Made by a program: the position numbers and the translations under genes. A stretch of DNA of 63,989 bases, the filler included, from Dirinaria sp. TL-2023a (taxonomy: Eukaryota), in the NCBI GenBank assembly GCA_051941275.1. It is 4 parts of 4 records of this genome, joined end to end, with 100 filler letters (N's around TTAATTAATTAA, not from the genome) between each part and the next. Parts side by side here need not be neighbours in the genome. Positions count along the whole stretch, not along the records: positions 33,228 to 49,683 come from JAVEBF010000488.1; positions 49,784 to 63,989 come from JAVEBF010000616.1; 2 more parts are not named here. One strand, 5' to 3'. Below are positions 46,464-57,061 of this stretch, in pieces (positions within the stretch are counted from its first letter, which is position 1; every line of letters begins with the position of its first letter). Below the pieces are notes generated by a model that was not told the DNA's origin, did no database searches, and worked only from the letters and a program-made list of their open reading frames with translations.

Positions 46464-48569
46464 ATGCCTACAAACTTTGAGAACGCATTCAGCAACACAT
46501 CGAACTCAACGGCGGATCTTCAGCTAAATCAACTTTCAATCACTGAAGTTCGATCTGCTTCCGATCAAAAAGCAGTAGTTGTCGGCTTGTACGAAGTTTC
46601 AGGCTCTGGCAAAACGTTTCTTCTAAATCAGCTGAAGGACACACTCGGACAGACGTATTTCGCGTTCTACGAAGACTTCGAGATGATTGTCACTCTTGTT
46701 CCTGGCGGTCTTGAAGCATTCCAGGGCATGGAAGAGCAAGAGAAGACGCATTGGCGCCGGCATGCTATCGACACAATTGAAAAGAGCTGCGCTGACAGCG
46801 GACACGTTGCAGTTGTCGCTGGACATTTCATGTTTTGATTAGAGGAGCAGGAAGCTGAATGGCCGGTGTATACCCAAAATGACTTGGAAATATTTACGCA
46901 CATTCTCTATCTGGACATCCCCGCAGAGGTTGTCGCTCAACGTCGTATGAACGACGCGGAAAGGAGTCGTCCGTCCACATCGGCAAGTCATCTGTACAAG
47001 TGGCAGCAGGAAGAAAAGACTCAGCTACGCGATCTCTGCCGCCGTCATAGCATTTTGTTCTCGCTTGTATCTTCAAATCCGAGTCTGCTGAACAAAGTCT
47101 CGATACTTCTAAACGACTTCAGGTATCACGTCGAGAATTATAACCTATCTCAGGTCGAAAATAAGCTGAACGATGCCATTTTTGTCAGTCAAGGTCGGCT
47201 GGAGACAGTCTTGTTCGTGAACGCCGATAGGACGTTGGCTGCAGAGGACACAGGCGCGTTGTTCTGAAAGAGAATTTCCGACTTGCGCTCATTGGAGTAT
47301 GAAGCATCTACACTGAAGAAGTTATTCAGCGGCCCTCTCGGTCACTCATATACTGCTTTTCGTCAGGCGGTATTGCTGTATGAAGAGACGGCCAATGATC
47401 AAGAGTTTGATGCCCTTTGCCAAGACGTGGCATTGGGGGTGACCATGCATCCCGAGTTTGTGTCCCTGCTGCGACTGGTGGCAGAGCAAAAACATGTTGG
47501 CGCAGTGGTGGTCATCTGTGGGCTGCGCCGTGTCTGGGATAAGGTGCTGGAGAGAGAAGGCCTATCTGAGAAGGTGAAGGTCATTGGTGGGGGACGTATT
47601 GCAGATGGTTTCGTCGTCTCCGCGGCAGTAAAAGACGCCTTGGTTAGCCGTTTGCGAGAGACCCACCACATTTGTGTCTGGGCGTTCGGAGATAGTCCGC
47701 TGGACTTGGACATGTTGTGCATGGCAGATCAAGCCATTATTGTGGTTGGTGAAGAACAGACCAGGAGCAAGACCATGGATGCTGCCTTGACAAGTGCCAT
47801 CGACTACCACGGTCTTCGGGCACGCCAGGCTGTGTTGCCAATTAAGGCCTCGCCACGGCTAGATATTACGAAGCTTCCCATGATCAAGCTCACTGAGCCA
47901 GAGTTCGTCGAGTCTCTCCTATGCGGCCGATCCACACATGGTGGTCTTCAAGTCCTTTGCCCCACAGATACGAATGCCGCGAAACTGCTCGCAACGCCGA
48001 TGCGCGATGCAGCTGTTGCCGGCCCTGGCCTAAGGGAAGCGCATCGCTTTGTTGGACGGTATCTGGCGATCGAGTTCCTGGCCGATGTAATAGGTCTCGA
48101 ACAGACTCCAATTCGGCATGTCCTGAGTCATCAAACAATGGGCTACCAGCTTTTTCACGAGCATCAGACAACGATCGTAGCTCTAATGCGCGGCGGAGAG
48201 CCCATGGCTTCTGGTGTCAATGAGGCCTTTCCACTTGTCATGTTCGTCCACGCCAGCGATGCTGACGACATCAAACCCCATCATTTGCAAGGACAGGTCA
48301 CAGTAATACTAGTTGATTCGGTAGTCAACACCGGCAAAACGATTATTGAATTTGTGCAGCGCGTTCGCAAGCTTCATGCCACTGTTCGCATCGTGGTAGT
48401 TGCCGGTGTTGTTCAGGCTCAGTGCGTTTCAGGGGGAAGTCTCAACCACACACTTGCACGTCACGCACAACTTCATCTTGTTGCACTTCGCCTTTCCGAC
48501 ACCAAATTCACCGACAGTGGCATCACAGACACCGGCAACCGACTATTCAACACGACGCATTTACCATAA
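46464..48569 (+). pseudogene. Tri-domain P-loop (NMP-kinase-like) - HAD - uracil phosphoribosyltransferase fusion (~701 codons), two in-frame TGA at Trp positions
   Basis: VVGLYEVSGSGKT and THILYLD..RR.D (kinase). VLFVNADRTL and WAFGDSPLD (HAD). IVALMRGGEPMA, VILVDSVVNTGKT and TDTGNRLFNT (PRTase). The three ORF pieces are in one frame, split only by TGA at 46836 and 47265. Confidence 0.88.
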
Positions 48570-49485
48570 CTAAATCTCTTACACCAAGTACAGTTCCGCA
48601 TGAATAAGAACCGACTGGACGATCTCAACACCGTTCCGAGTTTCTGTACACTGAGAACTAAAAATGCTACTTCGTCAAAAGCTCTACGTACTTTTCTACA
48701 TCATTTTCATTTCCAATAAACTTCCTAATGAGACAACATTGCATAACTCGTGCTGTATTCAGTGCATTAAGAGCTCCTGAGACTTTATCGATTCTAGAAA
48801 GAAGAACAGTCCTAGTAAATGATGGGCTCCTGAGATAACTTTCTTATGAGGCTAAAGTTCAGGCACGCCCACCTAGACGCCAGTAACTATTAGGAAATAA
48901 GGCGTTAAGGATAGATATTCCCGAACGATTATTATCAAGCAGACACCTAGAAATACGTAGAGTTTATTCCTGATACTGTGCCTGGGATAGCATAGGTTCT
49001 AGGAGACTTGGCTGGGGAGAGCCAATTTCCGCGCGGATATTGCTGGAAACCTAATATTAAAGTTTTGTGAGGAATTGCTGATTAGGGTTTTGTGAGTAGG
49101 GCCTTATGGAAGTAGGATGCTCAAATTCCAGTTTCTTGGAACTTTCCACCATCAAAATCGTAAAATAAAGAACGTATGATTCACCATCTTGCGCTGAGGA
49201 CCTTTCATATGTGTAAATTGCCATAATATTCTGAATATTGCAGTAACACGTCCAGCAATTGACTCCGCTTTCCGAGATCATTGCACGTCAAGAGCTAGCA
49301 GCGCGCTTCAGAGAGAAGTTCTTGTAGACTGTGGCCATGTAAAACACGTCAACGAGAGCTCCAAGAGACCCATGTCTCACCACACGAATCTCCGTTGTAG
49401 ACTGTAGCCATGCAGAGGTCGCGTCTTGACGCGTAACAACCGTGAGTGTATGTCTGTGTTTTTCAATGCCCGAACTCAACTCCAA

Positions 49486-49683
49486 GAAGTGCTTTCGATG
49501 CCTCATGGGACTAGCAAATATAGGCACAAACGAGTGAACTGAATTTGGGCCTCGTCGGCGCCAGAGGCGTCTATCTAGCAAGCAAGCAAACGAAAACACG
49601 ACCTCAAAACATGCTGCCTCTAGCGTCAACAACTCCCTCTACCTATGCGGCCGATATCTGGAGTGGGTGGGTGAAAAAGCGCT
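49486..49683. repeat. Right copy of the inverted repeat pair, cut by the contig end
   Basis: See 42863-43038. The ORF track shows matching peptides MLPLAPTTPSTSAADTWSGWVGKR (-) and MLPLASTTPSTYAADIWSGWVKKR (+). Confidence 0.9.
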
Positions 49684-49783
49684 NNNNNNNNNNNNNNNNN
49701 NNNNNNNNNNNNNNNNNNNNNNNNNNNTTAATTAATTAANNNNNNNNNNNNNNNNNNNNNNNNNNNNNNNNNNNNNNNNNNNN
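49684..49783. other. Artificial contig linker
   Basis: N run + TTAATTAATTAA + N run. Confidence 0.98.
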
Positions 49784-51682
49784 CCCCAAAACCTGCCTGA
49801 CCCCGACCCCCCCATGCTGCCTCAACCTGCTCTTCTCAATCACTTCCCTCTCGTGATTCCTCTGCCAAAGCAGTTCCTTCGTGGGCGGCGGAGCGGCGAC
49901 GCGGTCCGTGGTCGGGATGGGGTCGATGCCCGGGACGGTTTCTTCGTAGCGTGTGCCGCGGGGGATGGTACATTTCGGCGACTTTTTGGTGGTGGTGGAT
50001 GGATGGTGGATGGGTTTGAGGGAGAGGGAGGGGCGCCGAGGTTTGGATTGGGTTTGAGGTTGCGTTTGCTCGCGCTGGAGAGGGGGTTGTGGTTGAGGTT
50101 TAGGGTTCGGGCTTACCGGTGAGGATTGGGCGCGTCGGTGCTGCTGATGGAAGGGCACTGTGACTGGTTTGGACGCCGGCCTTACGCGCAGGATGGGTGG
50201 AGGTGTGGCGTCGTCGATTGAGGAGCTGGCGCTGGATGGTCGGTCTTGGTCCTGGTTGAGAGACGAAGAGGAGCGGGTGCGAGGAGGTGAGATGCGGAAG
50301 ATTGATGGGCCCATGCCAATACCGAATTCCCAGGGGAGGACTACCATGTCTTTGTTAGGTCTTGGGACGCCGGAAGGTTGCTGCTCGAGCTTGGCGCAGT
50401 GTTTTGAAGAGAAAGAAGAGATCGATGCGAAGGTTGGGGAGGTGGGAGGCGTTGTTTGAGGTGAAGGAAGCGATTGGCCTCGAGACTCCGATGTTACGTT
50501 TGAGCTGCCCGTTCCAGAGCTTGGGACGTCAGAGTTGGAACGAGATTTAGAACGCTCAATTGTGTGCTCCCCCGCTATACGAGCTGGCGCTTGTGCTTTG
50601 ATCCTGGATTCGCGCGGTGGCGCCATGTTTCGGATGGGTTTGATAGGTACGTCCGTTGTGCTGGTTTGGTTAAGGGAGGCGTTTGAGATCCAATTGTGGC
50701 GGGAGGGTGAGGCAAATCCTCGAGTTCGATATCTTGATGGCCTTGAGGTTGGGTCGCGAGGTTGCTGATCCGGCAGCTTTGGCAAGGGTTTATCGACCCT
50801 TGGCGCGTGACTGACACTCCTCCGAATGTTAAGCGGAGCTGGGGTTGGTGTTTCTGCAAAAATACGAGATGGCCCCAGGGTGGCATGCTCAGACAACATT
50901 GGAGATTCGGAATGAACGGTATTCGTAACGACTGCTCCTTCAAGCTCAGACGACTGCGTGGACTCTTGAAGTAGTCTGCCCGAGGTGTCTAATGCGTCAG
51001 CCTGATTTGAAGTTCTAAACCGTTCGAGTGGATGCGGTTGCTGTTCCTTGTCTTCCTCCAATGATTGAATGGGATCGTCCCTCCCTAGCACTATTCTGGG
51101 CTTGTGTGCATCTCTCTCTGTGTGTACTGGCTTGCTATCCTCGTTCTCTGCTCCATTCACAAGTAAGCAATTTGACTCCTTATAGGCGAATGTCGAGGTT
51201 TGCGCATCGCCACAGGAAGCCTGCGCCGCACATGGTTGTGCTTCCGTGACATAAAGCCTCTCTTTAGAGGCATATCTAGCAGCAGTCTTCGCCTCCCAAT
51301 GCTTTGAGGCTGTGCGTGGTATGTGAGGTCTTCTCACATGTTCCTCCTCTGGACTGGGCGACGACGGACGGCTTGGTGCATAGATCTGGGTCACGACAGA
51401 GCTACTGCGTCTTAATGAATCTTCTGACTGCTGACCCGGGTCTGACAGCGGTTGAAGCCTAGAACGCTCTGAACATTGCTGCTTGAAGTGCGACTTCGAA
51501 GCGGGGTCTTGAGGTGGAGAGTCGACAAAGGAGAGAAACTCGGCAACAACTTGAGGCTTTGGCTTATGGACACGTAAAGAATGAGACTTGGAAGGCGTAA
51601 GCCTTCGAGGGTCATGACTTAGGAGACCTGAGTCTTCGTAATGGGTGAGGACGAGCGCATGAGAATACTTATGGTTCGCCAT
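49784..51682 (-). CDS. Hypothetical Ser/Pro-rich, probably disordered protein, 3' end cut by the contig end
   Basis: >630-codon open frame from MANHKYSH running into the N linker. No recognisable domain. Confidence 0.65.
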
Positions 51683-54600
51683 GCTACTACACAAGGACAA
51701 GGAGACAAGAGAGAGGTGACGTGAGGTTAGGAAAGCGTGGAAGTGAGAGGCCGCTGGTCTGAAGAGCAACGAAAGCAGGCTCCGACCAGGATAGTAGACC
51801 AGGATAAGAAACTAAAGGTCAGTGGAGCAGCGAAAACCAGGCCTCAGCAAAGTGTTCGACATATGCTTTCCGTGGTCCAAGAGCCAATCATGAAAAAAGT
51901 CGAAGTCGCCCAATATTGCCTTGTCCCACGCTGACTGGCACATGGGTATGGGATCTACACGACACAGCTCCGCCAATGCACGTCACAAATGTGCCGAAAG
52001 GTTCCTACCACTTGAAATACACCTGAAGCGTTGGCGTCGAGGTATCCCTTCAGTAGTTGGCTGGTTGCGTGGATTAAGGTGTTCCTCAAGGCTTCATGAT
52101 GCAACCTTCGATGCCCGAAGAAACGCCCTAAGAGGCCGCTTGGCTCTTGGACTGGACGACACACTAGGATTTCACCAATTGGGACATGAAAACTCATGCA
52201 GCGATATTAATTGGTTTCAAAGTAAAGTTTTGGCTGGTCGCCGAAAACCGTCAACCAGTCAAATGCGAGGTGGAAGAAAATCCGATAATGCGTTACTGCT
52301 CCATTTCGCGTGTGCATATGTGCTGTGAGATCTTGGCATTGCAAAATTATTCCCTTCCCTTACACGCGGAGTCTAATATCGTTTTTCAATGTCTGCGTCC
52401 TCACCTCGATGCTTCAGCATTAGAATGGCAAAGTCATCTTCTTTTTCTAGCGTCCTTGAACATGCAGTGATCTGCCGGTTTGACAGTGGCACTTTGATGG
52501 TGAATTAATTCATCTTCACTTCGTCAAAACGGTTTTTGCTCGAACTTCGCTCTTTCACTAAGGAGGAACGAATACATCTAATCTTCTAAATCCTGAGGCA
52601 GCAAAATGTCGGAGGATTTTTGCTAGGTGAAGACTAATTTTCGACACTGACCTGAAATGCGTTTGTGACTGCGCATGTAAGGGAAAGGAAGAATTTCGAG
52701 ATGCCAAGATCTTGCAACACCCATGCACACGCCAAACAGCTCGCTAAACCGTCCCATTCCGGAGCGACCCTGGCGATCGCTTATTTCCGCCTCGTTCCCG
52801 TTTGAAACCAATGATGGATCTCTTGGCAAGGATAATCATCATATCAACTCGGGGGTCCAGAGTAGGTATCTAAGACACATAAGGTATTCAAGGACATCGC
52901 CCAACATCAAATGTCCGTTGCCATGAGCGACGCCAGGAACAAGCGATGCCAGGTGGAGCTTGGGGGAATTGTCATTAAACCCCAAAATCGTCTCCCTGGA
53001 CAGAAAGGATAGAAATATTGATTAACTAGCTCTGTGTGTTGGACATTGTTGAACGATCATCAGTCTGGCGGGAACAAGGGAAGGCTTTCTAAGGTTGGAT
53101 TCAGCCGTGATAAATCCTCAGCATTTTCTCGAGTCTTTCGGGCATTCGTAGCTTCATTCTGGCAATCCTACAACCATTTGAGATCTCATGCTAGCCATCC
53201 TTGATTGAATACAAAGGAGAGAAATACAGAAGAGAGCGGATGCAGTCATCTTAGAAGGTTTTAGAGCTTGGCCCTACGAAATAAATTTGATTGACTGCAA
53301 TAATAATGTTTCGTATGGCACTGGGTTCCGACTAGGCCATGCTGTTGTCGTCGAATAGAGAGATCCACGGCGGTATTCATTTGAAGTCCATCGGACTCTG
53401 CATGATAGAAAGTAGCATGCGCCTCTTAGAACGGTGCTCACTTGATTACTGTCCGACGTCAAGTACAGGACCAAGCTGACACAGATAAGATGGCACTATG
53501 AACAGAAAACTTTCTGACGTTGCCGTGCCTAAGACTTAACGAAGCTGAGGCCAGAGTCAACGTGAAACCCTCTAAACCTGTCTTGAACTGCTGTGGCCAT
53601 CAAATTGTAGAATGCCGAGGCCACATGGCTAAATTCTGTAGGTTTGAGAACACTAGACAAGAATGCTCAGCCAGTGTACTGTTGCCAAACGCTGCCATGC
53701 AGTCTTTCAGACCTTTGCAAAACACTCAACTAAAAGCCAAGTCATCCCATCAATTTCGTAGGGCATGACCTACCAAGTAATGCACGCCGAATGGCCCCAC
53801 AAGATCGCTTCACAATGATCTATCCTGCCACTTATCTGCGCGGACGGCATCCATATGGAACAGGAATTAAAGGAGTGCTGGTTCTTTTAGCACCAGTCGT
53901 TATATCTGTAATCCAATGCCGCGAATCGGTCCTTCAGCGTAGACTTTTGACACTGTTCTCCATTGAGCCCAACCCTGGAGGGCCTTTCTGCTGGAAACGG
54001 CCTGAGCTGTTACTACCTGTCCCTGGCCTGATTACAGGCACACGATCGCCGATCAATCCGCGGCACGCAATCAATTCCCCCTAGAAATTTGACAGACGGA
54101 GGTATATACCAGTAGTATTGGTGAGATCCATTTTCCAGGTTCGCCATTGCGGTTGAAGGGCAAATAATGTCTAGCTTTAAGCGGCACTGGCTCTGAAGAC
54201 GGAATGCATTCACCAATAAAGCAAAGCCTGTCAATTTGCGTATTATTAGGGCCCGTGTTGTAAGAGGAAAAAGAGACATGATGATGATTAATTGACCGTA
54301 AACCAGAGAGTATCATCAATGATCCAGCGGCCGAAAAAGAGACGCTAAAATCCTCTTCGGAAAAGCGCTTACGCTCCCCCTATCCTTTTCTCCCGCCCTC
54401 TTGGTCTGTTTAAAATCTTATGCCGCTCCTCTGTCTCGACTGATTGGCTGTTGAAGATAATAATGAAGAGTCAAGATACAGCTAGCATTCGACACTGTTC
54501 ACCGCCTTGTGTAGTGTAATGGATTGGGCTATCATTTGGTCAGGCGACCGAAGTTTGGGAGAGCACCTGTAGTCGAAGTCTGACAAATCATTGGAGCGCC

Positions 54601-55999
54601 TGAGAGCTTAGTGAACGCGGGAGTGCCGCATTAGAGCGAGAATCTGATGATGTTATCTTCGATTTTAATTCTCCGAAGATGCAGGCTTGCAGATATGTCA
54701 GTGTGTCACTCGTTCGTTCATGATCGGTCCGCATTGCCAAGCTGCAAGGCCAGCGCCAGAGTGGCAGATAAAGATTCTTCTAGCGGTCTCCACATTACTA
54801 GTACATACAGTATAGACAACGTAGACACATTGACCGCTGTACAAGCGGGATGACTTGTCACAGCATGATGAGATAGTAGGGAGTAGTACCTGCAGACGCA
54901 AGAGGGATTGACTTCACCGTCAGGCTCTGATCTCGAAGCATGTTCAGTGGGCATTGTCTCTGTTGCTCCTGAGTGCGAAGACAGCCGAGCCATCAGATTT
55001 TAGGCGCATCATAAATCCTCCGACCCCTTCATGAACTTTGCCGCTAGTGCTCTCACCTGAGTCATGTGATAGCGGACATCTGGTGACTAAATTAGCGAGT
55101 TTTGGAGTAGGTCCGGCAGCAACGGACGAGAAGTGACCTCTTTAAGTACGGCTACGCGAGAAGGAAGCAAATAGCGGCAGAATCTTTTAGTTTTCGAGTC
55201 GGACAATATTTCGATAGACCGGCTGTTAGTGTGAAACGAAGGAATGCGGAATTGGGATTAATGTACCGAGATCCCTGCTGTGTACAGGTTAGGGGGCAGT
55301 CAGGAGTTTTAGCAATTTTCCAAACCCCTTGTAGGACAAGCAAGAACTCGTCAAAAAGAGAGAGCAAGCGGTTCGTGGTGTGACATGTTTTGGGGAACTT
55401 GCAATTATAAATATGGTAGTGAGGTCAGGATAACGCTGTTGACGGGATGAGGGTAGAAAATCACGATTGCGGCGCTGATGCAGAGATCTAAGTGGGTTAT
55501 CATGTATCTTGAGACTCGAGTGTAAATCGAGCCTCCTTCCATTGCTAGAGGAGTACATCATCAATCTCTTCAGATATGGTCCCCTAGTCCTTGCCTCATT
55601 GAGACCTCTATTGTTTTTGTAAACAGCAAAATGAATGGAAACTCGTGAAATCGTCGATAGCGGTGTGTCAAAGTATGTACAGCCGAAACGCTTATCATGC
55701 CCTTGTAAACGCTCAAAAGGGGGGCATCGCTACGCATGCTATGCAGATTGTAAATGTCAAGGGCCGTGCTGCAATCAAGAGCAAATTGCGGCCTTGCCTA
55801 TGCTGGACAGTGGGAGAAGAACGCCTTTCCATGCCAATTCGGTATCATAACTTGTGTTCCGTGCTCCGCTCGGGCCGGGATTTGTGGTAGCAAAGGGTAT
55901 CCATATAAACGAAACATTGTAGATGTTGAGCATAGGTTCGTTAACGAGAAGCAAATTCGATCGTCCAGCGAGACGCATCCGGGAATTGCGCGGGCGCGG

Positions 56000-57061
56000 C
56001 TACTCGTCCACCCTAGCAATCCGTGCATCTCTCATCCCATTGTTCGATTTCTTCTTCCACACGAGCATCTTCTTCCATGCTGTATCACTCCGTTGTTTCG
56101 GGCTGGTGCCTCCAATGTCGCTTGAGGGCGGCGTGTTCGGTGGCGTCATAGGTTCTTTCGGTGGACTTGACGTGCTAGAGTCATCGGTCATGCTGGCATC
56201 ACCACTGCCGTTCGAGAAATGGCTTGTAGATCTATGACCTTTGTTTGAAATGACTGTGAGGCTTGAGGTGGTCGAAGGTGGCGGTCGGGAAGGGTTGTGA
56301 TATGTGAATGTATCGGTAGAGGAGGCAGGAGATGGTCGCCGACGTGAACGGCTCCGGGTTACTTTTCTTTTACTCGAGCTTTGGCGGACTGCCCTAGACC
56401 CTGACCTTACGATGCTTGTCTTCTCCGCGGGTGAATGTGAACCTCTTGAAGGGGGAACATCGTTCAAGAAAGACACCAGGACCGATTCCTCCATCAAGTT
56501 ATAGATGATTGTAATGGCATCATCGAGCTCTTCTGGCCGCGGGGGTATCGTGTCATTGGGTAGGGAGAGCAATGTCTCTCGGACATTGCTGGGGATGTTG
56601 ATCTCTCTGGAACCGTCTGGAATGATATAAGCGTCCAAAAGGCGCTGCCAGAGCATCCTCAAATATTGGCAATCGTCCACCTCGGATGCGTTGGACTTTC
56701 GAAACTTCATCGCGTCAAAGCGTTCGCGGTACCGATCTGCATCCATGGTGAACTCCAGATTTTCCAGACAATGATTTTGGGAGAGATAGGCGGTAAAGGC
56801 ACTCAATGTCCACGGCGGTGGTGCCGAGTTCGCCAGCACGTCAGGCAGTGTTGGCCTGGGGGGTGCATATGGTCCAGTAGAATGCTGGTCGATGTGTGAA
56901 CCAGCAGCACTGAGTGGTCGGGACGGTATCAAGTCCTCGGTTGACATTGTATCCTCGTCGTCTGCGTCACAGTCGGACGCAGCAGCCAAGGAACGGGGTG
57001 AGCTTTCTGGCGGAGGGGTCGCAAGATATAATGACGGTGGGGATGGTTTGCGACGGATCAT
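56000..57061 (-). CDS. rgsA: Regulator of G-protein signalling, RgsA/Rgs2-type
   Basis: PTLPDVLANSAPPPWTLSAFTAYLSQNHCLENLEFTMDA…LWQRLLDAYI..GSREINIP…LMEESVLVSFL. Confidence 0.88.
   Translation of the reverse strand: MIRRKPSPPSLYLATPPPESSPRSLAAASDCDADDEDTMSTEDLIPSRPLSAAGSHIDQHSTGPYAPPRPTLPDVLANSAPPPWTLSAFTAYLSQNHCLENLEFTMDADRYRERFDAMKFRKSNASEVDDCQYLRMLWQRLLDAYIIPDGSREINIPSNVRETLLSLPNDTIPPRPEELDDAITIIYNLMEESVLVSFLNDVPPSRGSHSPAEKTSIVRSGSRAVRQSSSKRKVTRSRSRRRPSPASSTDTFTYHNPSRPPPSTTSSLTVISNKGHRSTSHFSNGSGDASMTDDSSTSSPPKEPMTPPNTPPSSDIGGTSPKQRSDTAWKKMLVWKKKSNNGMRDARIARVDE

Noticed and set aside
35960..47267. UGA=Trp recoding or A-to-I editing rescuing the dynamin and kinase-HAD-PRTase genes
   Set aside because: The same regions carry Pro>Ser (CC>TC) changes at conserved motifs, which A-to-I editing cannot repair, and core genes in the window use TGA as a normal stop. 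Mutation is the simpler explanation.
49037..49050. ATATTGCTGGAAAC resembling a group I intron P element
   Set aside because: No Q, R or S elements and no host rRNA context.
54864..54930. Box C (ATGATGA) ... box D (CTGA) pair suggesting a C/D snoRNA
   Set aside because: No terminal stem and no rRNA-complementary guide that I could recognise. Such pairs occur by chance.
51800..55990. Many short ORFs in the 4-kb gap between the Ser/Pro-rich gene and rgsA
   Set aside because: No recognisable motifs or consistent splice structure. Treated as intergenic or UTR.
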